A program made the position numbers and the translations under genes. From an uncultured Aliarcobacter sp. (lineage in GTDB: Bacteria > Campylobacterota > Campylobacteria > Campylobacterales > Arcobacteraceae), in assembly GCA_963664305.2 (NCBI GenBank), contig CAXXLV010000002.1, forward strand, positions 1,472,001 through 1,536,000: 64,000 nt of DNA, in the 5' to 3' direction. Shown here one piece after another: positions 21,636-31,116 of the stretch; within the stretch, counting starts at the first letter, position 1, and each line of letters opens with the position of its first letter. The notes under the pieces were generated by a model. It searched no databases. It worked only from the letters and a program-made list of their open reading frames with translations, and had not been told where the DNA came from.

Positions 21636-22312
21636 TGTATAAATTTATATCCCATTCCTCTTATTGTATGTAAATATTGATTCTCTTTTAGGTTATCTTC
21701 AATTTTATGTCTAATTCTGTTTATTATAACAGCAAGAGAACCAGAACTTTCATAATCTTGATTTAGTATATCTGAATTCTCAAAGATATCTTCTCTACTT
21801 ATTACAAAACCTTCTCTTTTTATTAACAAAGATAAAACTTCAAATTCGGCAGCTGTTAATTTTATATATTTCCCATTTTTAGTAATCTCTTTTTTATTTT
21901 CATCTAAAACAAAAGTTTTGTTTTTTGTCTCTTCTTCTTGAGTATTTGAGTGATTAAATCTTCGTAAAATTGTTTTTATTCGCACCTCTAATTCCCTTGG
22001 GTCATAAGGTTTTGGTAAATAATCATCTGCTCCCATTTTAAGTGCAGTTACCTTATCTGTAATATCACTTCTTGCACTTGAAATAATAATTGGAATATCA
22101 AAATCTTTTACTATTGCTTTACAAACATCTAATCCATCCATTCCAGGAAGAGTTAAATCTAAAATAATTAAATCATATTTATTTACTTTTAAAGCAGAAA
22201 GAGCCAAATATGGCTCTTCATAATTGGTAACTTCCATATTAAATTGCTTTAAATACTGGCATAGAACTTCTGCTAATTCTAAATCATCCTCTATCATTGC
22301 AATTTTTATCAA
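21632..22312 (-). CDS. OmpR-family response regulator
   Basis: MIEDD, LDLTLPGMDG, GADDYLPKPYDPREL, LHTIRGMGYKF. Confidence 0.95.
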   Translation of the reverse strand: MIKIAMIEDDLELAEVLCQYLKQFNMEVTNYEEPYLALSALKVNKYDLIILDLTLPGMDGLDVCKAIVKDFDIPIIISSARSDITDKVTALKMGADDYLPKPYDPRELEVRIKTILRRFNHSNTQEEETKNKTFVLDENKKEITKNGKYIKLTAAEFEVLSLLIKREGFVISREDIFENSDILNQDYESSGSLAVIINRIRHKIEDNLKENQYLHTIRGMGYKFIQ

Positions 22313-22315
22313 AAT

Positions 22316-22798
22316 TTACCCTTTAATTCTATCTTGGAATCTTTGTTCCATTTTTTCTTTTCTTAAATCCATAAGAACTTTTAATTGCTCTTTTTGTTTA
22401 GAAGTTAATACAGCATATGATTTTTCAATTACTTCTGCTTGAGATTTTAACATATTATCTCTTTTTTCATTCATAATTTGAACATATTTAGCTTTATCAA
22501 AACCTTCTTTTGTGAATGTTTCTTCTATAGATTTTTCATTCTTTCTACTATCTTCAATGATTTTTTTAATTTTTTCATCTTGTTCTGCTGTTAAATTTAA
22601 CTCTTTAAACATTCCAAAAATATGAAACTCTCCTCTTGGACCTTTTTTCTCAAATTTTCCTTTGTCCATCATACATCTTGAATCAGAACCTTTTCTCATA
22701 TCATCTTTTCTATCCATATCACCATTTGTTGCATATAATCCACCAGCAAGAAGTGAAGATAAAACTAATCCTGAAACTATTTTATTTTTAATTTTCAT
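22316..22798 (-). CDS. Spy/CpxP-family periplasmic protein
   Basis: Signal peptide; two LTxxQ motifs (LNLTAEQ, VLTSKQ); first gene of RR-HK operon. Confidence 0.85.
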   Translation of the reverse strand: MKIKNKIVSGLVLSSLLAGGLYATNGDMDRKDDMRKGSDSRCMMDKGKFEKKGPRGEFHIFGMFKELNLTAEQDEKIKKIIEDSRKNEKSIEETFTKEGFDKAKYVQIMNEKRDNMLKSQAEVIEKSYAVLTSKQKEQLKVLMDLRKEKMEQRFQDRIKG

Positions 22799-22843
22799 TT
22801 TAAATCCTTTATATTTGATATATGAAATTATGACAAGTTGAAT

Positions 22844-22883
22844 TTAACGATTTTTAAATTTTATCTTAACGATTTTTTAACGA
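22844..22883. promoter_or_regulatory. TTAACGA direct repeats, probable OmpR-family operator
   Basis: Copies at 22844, 22866, 22877 (22 and 11 bp spacing), upstream of minus-strand TGTCATAAT. Confidence 0.6.
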
Positions 22884-22948
22884 AACAGTGTAAAGAAATA
22901 ATCTTTATTTAGATATAATCAAAACAAACAATATAAAGAATAACTACT

Positions 22949-25060
22949 GTGAAATTATCAAAATTTATTAAAAGATTCATCTTTATCACTGCTTTTGTTT
23001 CAAGTTCATTAGCATTTTTAGTGTCTATGATATATCAATATAATAATTTTGGAAATGACATTATTTACATAAAAAATGAATTTAATGAACAAAAGAAAAA
23101 AGAGATAAAAGAAGAAGTTTTAACAATTTACAAATTTATCGAATATAAGGAAGAGCTACTAAATACCTCTGTTAATAAAAAATTAGAAGAGAGAGTAAAT
23201 CAAGCATATACTATTGCAAAAGCTTTATATGATGAGAACAAAGATACAAAAAGCGATGATGAAATAAAATATTTAATTGCAAATGCTTTAAAAAATCTAA
23301 CTTATCCAAATGATAATGCATACTTTTTTATAAATAGTAACAAAGGACAAGCTGTTCTTTTTAATAAAGAAGTAAAACTTGACAAATATGATGATGTCTG
23401 GAATTTAAAAGATAGTAATGGAAATTTTATTATTCAAAGACAAGCAAAGATTGCTTTAGAAAATAAAGAAGGTTTTTTAGTAAATAATTTTGTAAAACCT
23501 GATACAACTGATAAAAAGCAATACTCTAAAATATCTTATGTAAAACTTTTTGAACCGTTCGATTGGCATATTGGTATGGGAGAATATATTGATGAAATTA
23601 GAGAAAAAAATCAAGATGAACTTTTAGATTGGATTTCAACTATAAGATTTGGAAAAAATGGTTATATTTTTATAAACTCAATGGATGGTAAAACTTTAGT
23701 TTTTGATGGTGTAAGATTAAAAGAACCAAAACCTCATCCATTTCCTCATTTATTTGAAAAACAATTAGAAATTGTAAAAAATCCACAAGGTGGATATTCT
23801 ACATATAAATTTAAAAAACCAAATACAACAGAAGAGTTTGACAAAATATCATTTCTTATAAAATATGAAAAATATAATTGGATTATTGGTACAGGTGTAT
23901 ATTTAGATGATATGGAAACTGAATTAAATAGAAAAGAGACTATTTTCAAACAAACAATTAGTAATCAAATAAAATCAATGCTAGTTATATTTATTCTTTT
24001 ACTAATAATCATCTATTTTTTATCTGAAAAACTCTCTTCGTATATAAACACAAATATAAATAATCTAGTTTTATCATTTAAAAAAGCTTCAAAAAACAAT
24101 GAAAAAATCAATACAGATGATTTAACATTTAAAGAATTTATTACACTTGCTGATAATATTAATACTACATTAGAAAACAAAAATCAAGTAGAAAAAAGGC
24201 TTCAAGACTATGTTCAAATAGTAAATCAAAATGTCATCATTTCTTCAACAAATAAAGAAGGAATTATTACTGATGTTAGTGAAGCTTTTTGCGAAATTTC
24301 AGGATATTCAAAAAAAGAGTTAATAGGACAAAGTCACAACTTAGTAAGACATCCTGATGTACCAAATAAGTTTTATGAAAATATGTGGAATACATTATTA
24401 AGTGGAAAAAGTTGGAAAGGTGAGATTAGAAACCTTAATAAAAGTGGAGAAGAGTATTGGGTTTATGCAATTATAAATCCAGTTATCAAAAATAAAGAAA
24501 TAAAAGCTTTTACGGCTATTAGAGCAAATATTACTGATAAAAAACATATTGAACAATTATCTATTACTGATGAATTAACTAGTCTTTATAATAGAAGATT
24601 TTTTAACATAAAAATAAATGAAGAGATTAATAGAGCAAAAAGAGAACATAACAATGTCTCTTTACTTATTTTAGATATTGATTACTTTAAACAATACAAT
24701 GATACATATGGTCATCAAAAAGGAGATATTGCGTTAGAAGATGTAGCTTATGTTTTAAAAAATAGAACAAATAGAGCAAGTGATTTTGCCTTTAGACTTG
24801 GGGGTGAAGAGTTTGCAATTATTACTACATTGGAAAAAGAGAAAGCTGTTGAGTTTGCAAATATTTTAAGAGAAGAAGTAGAAAATCTTAAAATTGAACA
24901 TAAAGCAAGTGGTGTTTCAAAATATTTAACTATTTCGATTGGACTTGTTTCAAAAGATTCAAATGAAATAGAAGATTGTGACAAACTTTATAAAGAGGCA
25001 GATGATAATTTATATGAAGCAAAAAAACAGGGAAGAAATACTGTTTTTTATAAAAAGTAA
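22949..25060 (+). CDS. Diguanylate cyclase with Cache and PAS domains
   Basis: Two TMs flanking tandem Cache, PAS (LVRHPD), DIDYFKQYNDTYGH, RASD I-site, GGEEF. Confidence 0.93.
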   Translation: MKLSKFIKRFIFITAFVSSSLAFLVSMIYQYNNFGNDIIYIKNEFNEQKKKEIKEEVLTIYKFIEYKEELLNTSVNKKLEERVNQAYTIAKALYDENKDTKSDDEIKYLIANALKNLTYPNDNAYFFINSNKGQAVLFNKEVKLDKYDDVWNLKDSNGNFIIQRQAKIALENKEGFLVNNFVKPDTTDKKQYSKISYVKLFEPFDWHIGMGEYIDEIREKNQDELLDWISTIRFGKNGYIFINSMDGKTLVFDGVRLKEPKPHPFPHLFEKQLEIVKNPQGGYSTYKFKKPNTTEEFDKISFLIKYEKYNWIIGTGVYLDDMETELNRKETIFKQTISNQIKSMLVIFILLLIIIYFLSEKLSSYINTNINNLVLSFKKASKNNEKINTDDLTFKEFITLADNINTTLENKNQVEKRLQDYVQIVNQNVIISSTNKEGIITDVSEAFCEISGYSKKELIGQSHNLVRHPDVPNKFYENMWNTLLSGKSWKGEIRNLNKSGEEYWVYAIINPVIKNKEIKAFTAIRANITDKKHIEQLSITDELTSLYNRRFFNIKINEEINRAKREHNNVSLLILDIDYFKQYNDTYGHQKGDIALEDVAYVLKNRTNRASDFAFRLGGEEFAIITTLEKEKAVEFANILREEVENLKIEHKASGVSKYLTISIGLVSKDSNEIEDCDKLYKEADDNLYEAKKQGRNTVFYKK

Positions 25061-25062
25061 AT

Positions 25063-26070
25063 ATGAAAATTAGAATAGGTACTTTTAATCTTTTTCAATT
25101 TGTTCAACCACCATATTCGTGGTATACAAAAAGAGAAAAATTTATTCCTATAGAGTGGGAAGAAAAAATTACTTGGATAAAAAAACAACTAGAAACTATG
25201 AACTGTGATATCATAGGATTTCAAGAAGTTTTTTCAAAAGATGCTTTAAAAGAATTACTATTTGAATTAGGTTTTAAATATTTTAAAACTATTGATAAAG
25301 CAAAAGTTGATAAAAAAAATGAACTCATTTATGTAAGTACGACAGTTGCACTTGCTTCAAAATTTCCTATAAAAAATCTAAAAAAAGTTGAAATAGATTT
25401 TTCAACTTTAAAAAAACATAATGTTGAAGGCTTTTTCAAATTTGCACGAGAACCAATAAAAGCTACAATAATCTTACCTAATAAAAAAGAGATAACTATT
25501 TATGTTTGTCATTTAAAATCAAATAGAGAAAATGAATTTGAATATATATTTACAAAAAATGATAAATTAGAAGATAAACTAAAAAAAGTTGAAGTTGCTT
25601 TGAAAAACAACTACTCTTTATCATTAAAGCAAAGACTTTGTGAAGCAAGTTCTTTATACTCTGATATAAAAACAAATAGAAATCCTTCTATTTTAGTATG
25701 TGATTTAAATGATAAAGAATTCTCTTTAACTATTGATGCTTTAACAAATAAAAAATATCACGAAGAAAATTTGAAAAAAGATGATTTTTTACTTTTAGAT
25801 GCCTATCATTTACATAAAATAAAAGTGATAAATCCTCATCCAGAATTTAAAGGTATAAAAAGAACTCCAACAAGTTATTTTGCAGGTAAAGGAAATGTTT
25901 TAGATTATATATTTGTTTCTAAACACTTTGATAAAAACAATAAATTTCATATAGGAAAAGTTACATCTTATGAAATTTTTAATGAACATTTACAAAAAAA
26001 TCAAAATGGTTCACTTTTAAATAGTGATCATGCACAAATTGTATGTGAAATTGAAATAAATGAAGAATAG
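25063..26070 (+). CDS. Endonuclease/exonuclease/phosphatase family protein
   Basis: IGTFNL, IGFQEV, CHLKS, CDLND, LDYIFVS, SDH. Confidence 0.88.
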   Translation: MKIRIGTFNLFQFVQPPYSWYTKREKFIPIEWEEKITWIKKQLETMNCDIIGFQEVFSKDALKELLFELGFKYFKTIDKAKVDKKNELIYVSTTVALASKFPIKNLKKVEIDFSTLKKHNVEGFFKFAREPIKATIILPNKKEITIYVCHLKSNRENEFEYIFTKNDKLEDKLKKVEVALKNNYSLSLKQRLCEASSLYSDIKTNRNPSILVCDLNDKEFSLTIDALTNKKYHEENLKKDDFLLLDAYHLHKIKVINPHPEFKGIKRTPTSYFAGKGNVLDYIFVSKHFDKNNKFHIGKVTSYEIFNEHLQKNQNGSLLNSDHAQIVCEIEINEE

Positions 26071-26106
26071 ACACTTTTTGTACACTTCTATTTAGTATAA
26101 TTTCAA

Positions 26107-26222
26107 CATAGTAAATTTGACTAATTTATTATGAAGAGTATTTTATAGATTTAAACAATTTTTTAACTCATTCAGACTCCTTCCTAAATAAAAAAGAGAA
26201 AGTGTGCTTTCTTTCTCTTTTT
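26107..26222 (+). ncRNA. Candidate small regulatory RNA (~115 nt)
   Basis: TATAAT at 26096-26101, 5' stem-loop 26107-26133, ACTCCTTCC anti-SD tract, strong terminator. Confidence 0.5.
26191..26222. terminator. Bidirectional terminator
   Basis: AAAAAGAGAAAG-TGTGCTTT-CTTTCTCTTTTT. Confidence 0.85.
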
Positions 26223-26232
26223 GACTCTTTTA

Positions 26233-27225
26233 TTATTTACTCTGTTTTGGTGTTTTATTGTTCCACTTTTTATAAGCTCTAAAAAATGAGCTAGGCTCAC
26301 TATATCCCAATAAAAAAGAGATTGTTCCATAATCCATTTTTGTATTATTTATATAATGTTCTGCTAATTTTTGTCTGATTTTATTTAACGCATCTCTAAA
26401 AGTTTTATTCTCAGATTTTAGATAGTTTTGTAAAGTTCTAGGAGTTGTCCCTAAATTTGATGAAATTAAATCAATAGTTATCTCTTTTTCTCCGATATTT
26501 TTAAAAATCTCTTTTTCAACTTTTGAATACCATGATTGTAACTCTTGTTCATCTAAAATTTTTTTTGCTTCATTTTCAAAATAATCAAGCATTAAAGAGT
26601 TTGAATTTTTAACAGGAATATCTAAATTATCTTTTTTAAAAAATATTGCATTTTCATCTTTACTAAAAAATAGATTTTCACCAAATATTTTTTTGTATTC
26701 ATTTATATTTTCATCAACGCTTTGTGAAAAATATGTAAATTCAGGGAATACTTTTTCTCCTAGAATTTGAGTTAATATTGATACTATTGAAGAGAGATGA
26801 ACTTGTGCATGAAAACTAGGAACTGGAATCATTGGGTTTTCATTTATATAAATTGCTAATTTATAATAAACCTCATCCTCAAAAAAATGGAATTTAAAAT
26901 ATCCACTAATCAGTTTTTGATAAGCATTAAATTTTTCAATCATCTCTTTTAAATTATTTGTATTTAAAAGTAAATAACCTAACAATCCTAATGATTGATA
27001 TGAAACTGCTTGTCCAATATGTAAAGCTAATGCTTTATTATTTGACTCTTTCATACAATATTTAAAAATAGATGATAAATTTTTACTATCAATTTTTCCA
27101 TCTATTTTAGTTAAATCATCCATAGATAAATTAACTTGTTCTAACATTTTTTCAATTGAAATATTTGTTATTTTTTCTAAAGCTTTTAATACATAATGAA
27201 ATGTAACACTTGATAATTCCGTCAT
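26233..27225 (-). CDS. AraC-family transcriptional regulator (OruR-type N-terminal domain)
   Basis: LGLLGYLLLN; C-terminal PRTLQNYL..ISFLLGYSEPSSFFRAYKKW. Confidence 0.93.
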   Translation of the reverse strand: MTELSSVTFHYVLKALEKITNISIEKMLEQVNLSMDDLTKIDGKIDSKNLSSIFKYCMKESNNKALALHIGQAVSYQSLGLLGYLLLNTNNLKEMIEKFNAYQKLISGYFKFHFFEDEVYYKLAIYINENPMIPVPSFHAQVHLSSIVSILTQILGEKVFPEFTYFSQSVDENINEYKKIFGENLFFSKDENAIFFKKDNLDIPVKNSNSLMLDYFENEAKKILDEQELQSWYSKVEKEIFKNIGEKEITIDLISSNLGTTPRTLQNYLKSENKTFRDALNKIRQKLAEHYINNTKMDYGTISFLLGYSEPSSFFRAYKKWNNKTPKQSK

Positions 27226-27331
27226 ATTTCCCTTTATTTTCGTAAAATGTCACTAATTCTTCACATTATAACATAGGGATTTTTTTTAATAAAAGTAAAA
27301 TTGTATATAAAATATTGTAGGGGGATTTTTT

Positions 27332-27646
27332 ATGTCAAATAATGATATTAGGATAGATGAAAGGTATATAAGCTTTAAAAACATAAATTGTTTTGAAAAT
27401 GCTTGTAATGTAATTGACCATATGCTTAGGGTTCTTGAAAACCCAAAAAATATGAATATTTACTGGAAAAAAATAGTTCCAATGATTCCAAAAGGATACT
27501 ATACAAGAGATCCAAAAGATGATGAAAAAGAAGCAGTTTTATATCTTGTTTGTTCAAACTCTTTTTATCTTGATGAACTTTTTGAAAAAGCTAATGATGA
27601 AGAAGGTTTAAAAGCCCTAAGTGTTTGCGAACTTGAGTGTTGTTAA
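27332..27646 (+). CDS. cowN: CowN-family protein (nitrogenase CO-protection family)
   Basis: ERYISFKNINC..NA, YW, LYLVCS..LDELFE..DEEGL..L..CELECC terminal motif. Confidence 0.8.
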   Translation: MSNNDIRIDERYISFKNINCFENACNVIDHMLRVLENPKNMNIYWKKIVPMIPKGYYTRDPKDDEKEAVLYLVCSNSFYLDELFEKANDEEGLKALSVCELECC

Positions 27647-27661
27647 ACTTTAGGTATTTGA

Positions 27662-30649
27662 TTATTTTCTCAAATACCTTAAAGTCGTATTGATAATGTC
27701 ATCATCATCTTTTGAAGGTGATTTTATTGTCTCTTTTGTATCATCAGCTTTTGTAAATGTAATATTCATTTCATATGAACTAATAGTTTGAATTCCAAGT
27801 TTTAAAGCTAAAATTTTTATGATAATTAACTCTATAAACTGTTTTGTTACAACATCAGGTTTTCCAAATCTATCTTCCATTTCTTCTTCAATAGTATAAA
27901 CTTCTTGAATATCAGTTGCCTTACTTAATCTTCTATAAAGTTCAAGTCTTACTCTATCTTCATGGATATAGTCTTCACTAATGTAAGCAGAAATTGCTAA
28001 CTTAATATCAACAGATTTTTTCTCAGGTTTATCATCTCCACTAAGACTTGCAAGTGCATCTTCTAACATTTTTAAATATAAACCATATCCTATTTGTTTT
28101 ATATGTCCACTTTGAGCTTCACCAACAATATTTCCACCACCTCTGATTTCTAAATCTTGGTGTGCTAAGGCTGTTCCACTTCCTAAGTATGAATTCGATT
28201 CAAGAGCTACAAGTCTTTTTACTGCATCATCAGTTATTGATTTTTTATCATCAACTATATAGTAACAATACCCTTCTTTATTACTTCTTCCAACTCTTCC
28301 TCTAAGCTGATGCAAATCAGCAATTCCAAATCTATCTGCACCATCAATAATAATAGAGTTTGCATTTGGTAAGTGAATTCCTGATTCTACTATTGAAGTA
28401 GCAAGTAAAATATCAAATTCTTTATTTTCAAAAGCTTCAATGATTTTTTCAGCATGCTCAGGTTTTATTTGAGAGTGAATAATATCTATTTTAATATTTG
28501 GAACAATAGCTTCTATATCTTTTTTCTTAGCTTCAATTGATGCAATGTTATTATGAACATAGAAAAGTTGCCCTCCTCTTCTTTTCTCTCTTAAAATTAT
28601 CTCTTTGATTAATTTTTCACTAAACTCTTTTACATAAGTTCGCACTCCTAATCTCTCACTTGGAGGCGTAAGAAGTGAACTCATACCTTTTAGTTTTGAT
28701 AAAGCTAGATTTAGAGTTCTTGGGATTGGTGTTGCACTCATAGAGAAGATATGAACATCTTCTCGTAAATGTTTTAATTTTTCTTTTTGTTTTACCCCAA
28801 ATTTATGTTCTTCATCAATGATAACTAAAGCTAAATTAGAAGTTTTTATATCAAGTAATGAGTGAGTTCCAATAACAAGTTTTATATCACCGTTTTCTAA
28901 ACCTTTTTTGATAGCAGTTTTTTCTTTTGCTGTTGTTTTTCCATCAAGTTTAGCAACATTTATTCCAAACTCTTCAAATCTCTTTTTTATTCCATGATAA
29001 TGTTGAGTAGCAAGAAGTGTTGTAGGACATACAAAAATAGCTTGATAACCATCTATAATAACAGCAAGTAAAGCATTCATTGCAACTTCTGTTTTTCCAA
29101 AACCAACATCCCCTGAAAGAAGTCTATCCATAACTCGACCGCTACTCAAATCAGTAAAAATCTCTTTAATACTTCTTTTTTGGTCTTTTGTATATTCAAA
29201 TCCAGCACTTTTTGGAAAATCTTCAAGGATTTTTTTATCGGTATTGATTTTTATACCATTTACAAGTTCCCTTGCAGCTGCTAGTTTTATAATATCATTT
29301 GCAATAGCAAAAAGTCTATCTTTAACTTTTTCTTTTAGTTTTGCAAAACTTCCCTTACCTAGTTTATCAACAACAGCATAAGAATTCCCATCAGCAACAT
29401 ATCTATCAATTAAGTCTATATTTTCAACAGGAATTAAAAGTTTATCTTCCCCTTGATACTGAACAATTACAAAGTCCCTTTTTGCTCCCATTACAGTAAC
29501 AGGTTCTATTCCTTTATATTGACCAATACCGTGTTTTTCATGTACTACAAAATCATTGTATTGAAGCTCATCAAGAACAAGCTTTACTTTTTTCTTTCTT
29601 CGTTTTTTTACCTCTTTATTTAAAGAAATTATTACTTCACTATCACTTACAAGATTTATAATTTGATTATCAAAAATATATTTGATATTTTTATCACTTA
29701 AATCTAAATCATAACCTTTTACTTTTGCTTCAGTTCCTGAAATAATTGTGATTTTTTTATCTTTATGAAAAGAGATAAACTCTTTTACATTTGCTGGATT
29801 TATCTCTTGATAATTTTTACTATTGTAAATTTGAGGTGTTAATAGAAATTTATCTTTGTTTATTCTTTTTTCTTCAAAAACATAAACTTCGTCCAACTCT
29901 TCTAATGCTTCTTGAGTAATAAATGAGCTTAAATTTTGTGGTAAATATTCCCCTAAATCATTTAAATACCAAAATCCTAAAGAGTGAATATCTTTTATAA
30001 AAGCATCACTAGAAACTGTTTGAACTTGCTCATTTATCTCTTCAAAAGATGCTTCATCAAGTGCTAAAAATGCAGGATTTATAGAAAAACTTTCAATCTC
30101 TTCTTTTGATGATTTTTGGTCTTCAATGTCAAATTTTCTAATACTTTCAACTTCATCATCAAATAAAGATACTCTATATCCCGCTTCACTACCAAGTGGG
30201 CAAATATCAATAATATCTCCTCTGATTGATACTTCACCTTCACTTGTAACAATATCTACAAAATAATATCCCCAATTAAAAAGTTTTGATTTTAATTCTT
30301 CTAAATGTAAAGTATCAGCAAAATTTATAGTGAAACTTTCAAAACATTTTTCTTTTGGAAGAGAATAAGAGATAGTTCGTATTGGAGAGATTAAGATTTT
30401 ATCTTGTTTTTTATATGAGTAAAAATCTCCTAAAGCCTTTGTAATTTCATGTAATTCATCGCTAAAAGAGAGTAAGTCATCACCAAAATTTGCTCTAAAA
30501 TCAGCTAAAACAAATGGTTTAAAACCTAAATATGAAACTATATCTTGGGCTATTTGAGCTTGTCTATCATCATTTACGATTAAAAGCTGACACTCTTTTA
30601 ATCTCTTTTCATCTTTTAAATTTTTTAAAAATTCATAAATATTTTTCAC
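27662..30649 (-). CDS. mfd: Transcription-repair coupling factor
   Basis: VVHEKHGIGQY, GDVGFGKTEVAM, DEEHKFG, LHQLRGRVGR, DLEIRGGG. Confidence 0.98.
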   Translation of the reverse strand: MKNIYEFLKNLKDEKRLKECQLLIVNDDRQAQIAQDIVSYLGFKPFVLADFRANFGDDLLSFSDELHEITKALGDFYSYKKQDKILISPIRTISYSLPKEKCFESFTINFADTLHLEELKSKLFNWGYYFVDIVTSEGEVSIRGDIIDICPLGSEAGYRVSLFDDEVESIRKFDIEDQKSSKEEIESFSINPAFLALDEASFEEINEQVQTVSSDAFIKDIHSLGFWYLNDLGEYLPQNLSSFITQEALEELDEVYVFEEKRINKDKFLLTPQIYNSKNYQEINPANVKEFISFHKDKKITIISGTEAKVKGYDLDLSDKNIKYIFDNQIINLVSDSEVIISLNKEVKKRRKKKVKLVLDELQYNDFVVHEKHGIGQYKGIEPVTVMGAKRDFVIVQYQGEDKLLIPVENIDLIDRYVADGNSYAVVDKLGKGSFAKLKEKVKDRLFAIANDIIKLAAARELVNGIKINTDKKILEDFPKSAGFEYTKDQKRSIKEIFTDLSSGRVMDRLLSGDVGFGKTEVAMNALLAVIIDGYQAIFVCPTTLLATQHYHGIKKRFEEFGINVAKLDGKTTAKEKTAIKKGLENGDIKLVIGTHSLLDIKTSNLALVIIDEEHKFGVKQKEKLKHLREDVHIFSMSATPIPRTLNLALSKLKGMSSLLTPPSERLGVRTYVKEFSEKLIKEIILREKRRGGQLFYVHNNIASIEAKKKDIEAIVPNIKIDIIHSQIKPEHAEKIIEAFENKEFDILLATSIVESGIHLPNANSIIIDGADRFGIADLHQLRGRVGRSNKEGYCYYIVDDKKSITDDAVKRLVALESNSYLGSGTALAHQDLEIRGGGNIVGEAQSGHIKQIGYGLYLKMLEDALASLSGDDKPEKKSVDIKLAISAYISEDYIHEDRVRLELYRRLSKATDIQEVYTIEEEMEDRFGKPDVVTKQFIELIIIKILALKLGIQTISSYEMNITFTKADDTKETIKSPSKDDDDIINTTLRYLRK

Positions 30650-30954
30650 TATTTTTCTACTTGTACTAACTCAAAATCATTTGTTTCTTTATCATAATAA
30701 TATGTAGGATAAGGTGTTTCATTTAATAAAAAAATTAAATTTGCATCACTAAAGTTGTTTTTTTGAAGTCCTTTTTTAAATACTTCTAAAATATATGCTT
30801 TTGTTGAAAATGTTGTAGTTGTTGAATGTCCTGTATAAACAAAATCTTCTCCCTCAACAGGAGTAAATCCCTCTTTTTTTACGTGTTTTTCAAATTTTTC
30901 TTTATCTTCTAATCCACCAACATCAAGTAAAACTAAAACTTCAATTCCATCCAT
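30649..30954 (-). CDS. Hypothetical protein (possible Cas2/VapD-like ferredoxin fold)
   Basis: ATG 30954 after GGGGA; TAG/GTG overlap with mfd; extended -10 TGTTAGAAT at 30989-30981. Confidence 0.75.
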   Translation of the reverse strand: MDGIEVLVLLDVGGLEDKEKFEKHVKKEGFTPVEGEDFVYTGHSTTTTFSTKAYILEVFKKGLQKNNFSDANLIFLLNETPYPTYYYDKETNDFELVQVEK

Positions 30955-31116
30955 AAATATCCCCAAAAAATTTTTCGATTATTCTAACATATTAAAGTTT
31001 TGTTATTGATTGTAATAAATCTACACAAAAACTAATAATTTAAATTAAAATAATATTCAAAAACTATTTTTTATAATATGATATGTATTATTGATTTCAT
31101 TTCCAAAGGATTTAAA

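Noticed and set aside
26164..26185. Minus-strand SD + ATG-AGT-TAA two-codon ORF
   Set aside because: Lies downstream of the terminator on that strand with no promoter seen; better explained as the complement of the sRNA seed
27320..27324. Short G-runs before cowN (and at ~60830) as phase-variation tracts
   Set aside because: Only 5 G, well below typical Campylobacterota contingency tracts; the cowN run serves as the SD
31006..31019. FNR-like site TTGAT-TGTA-ATAAA
   Set aside because: One mismatch in a very AT-rich context; expected by chance and no supporting evidence
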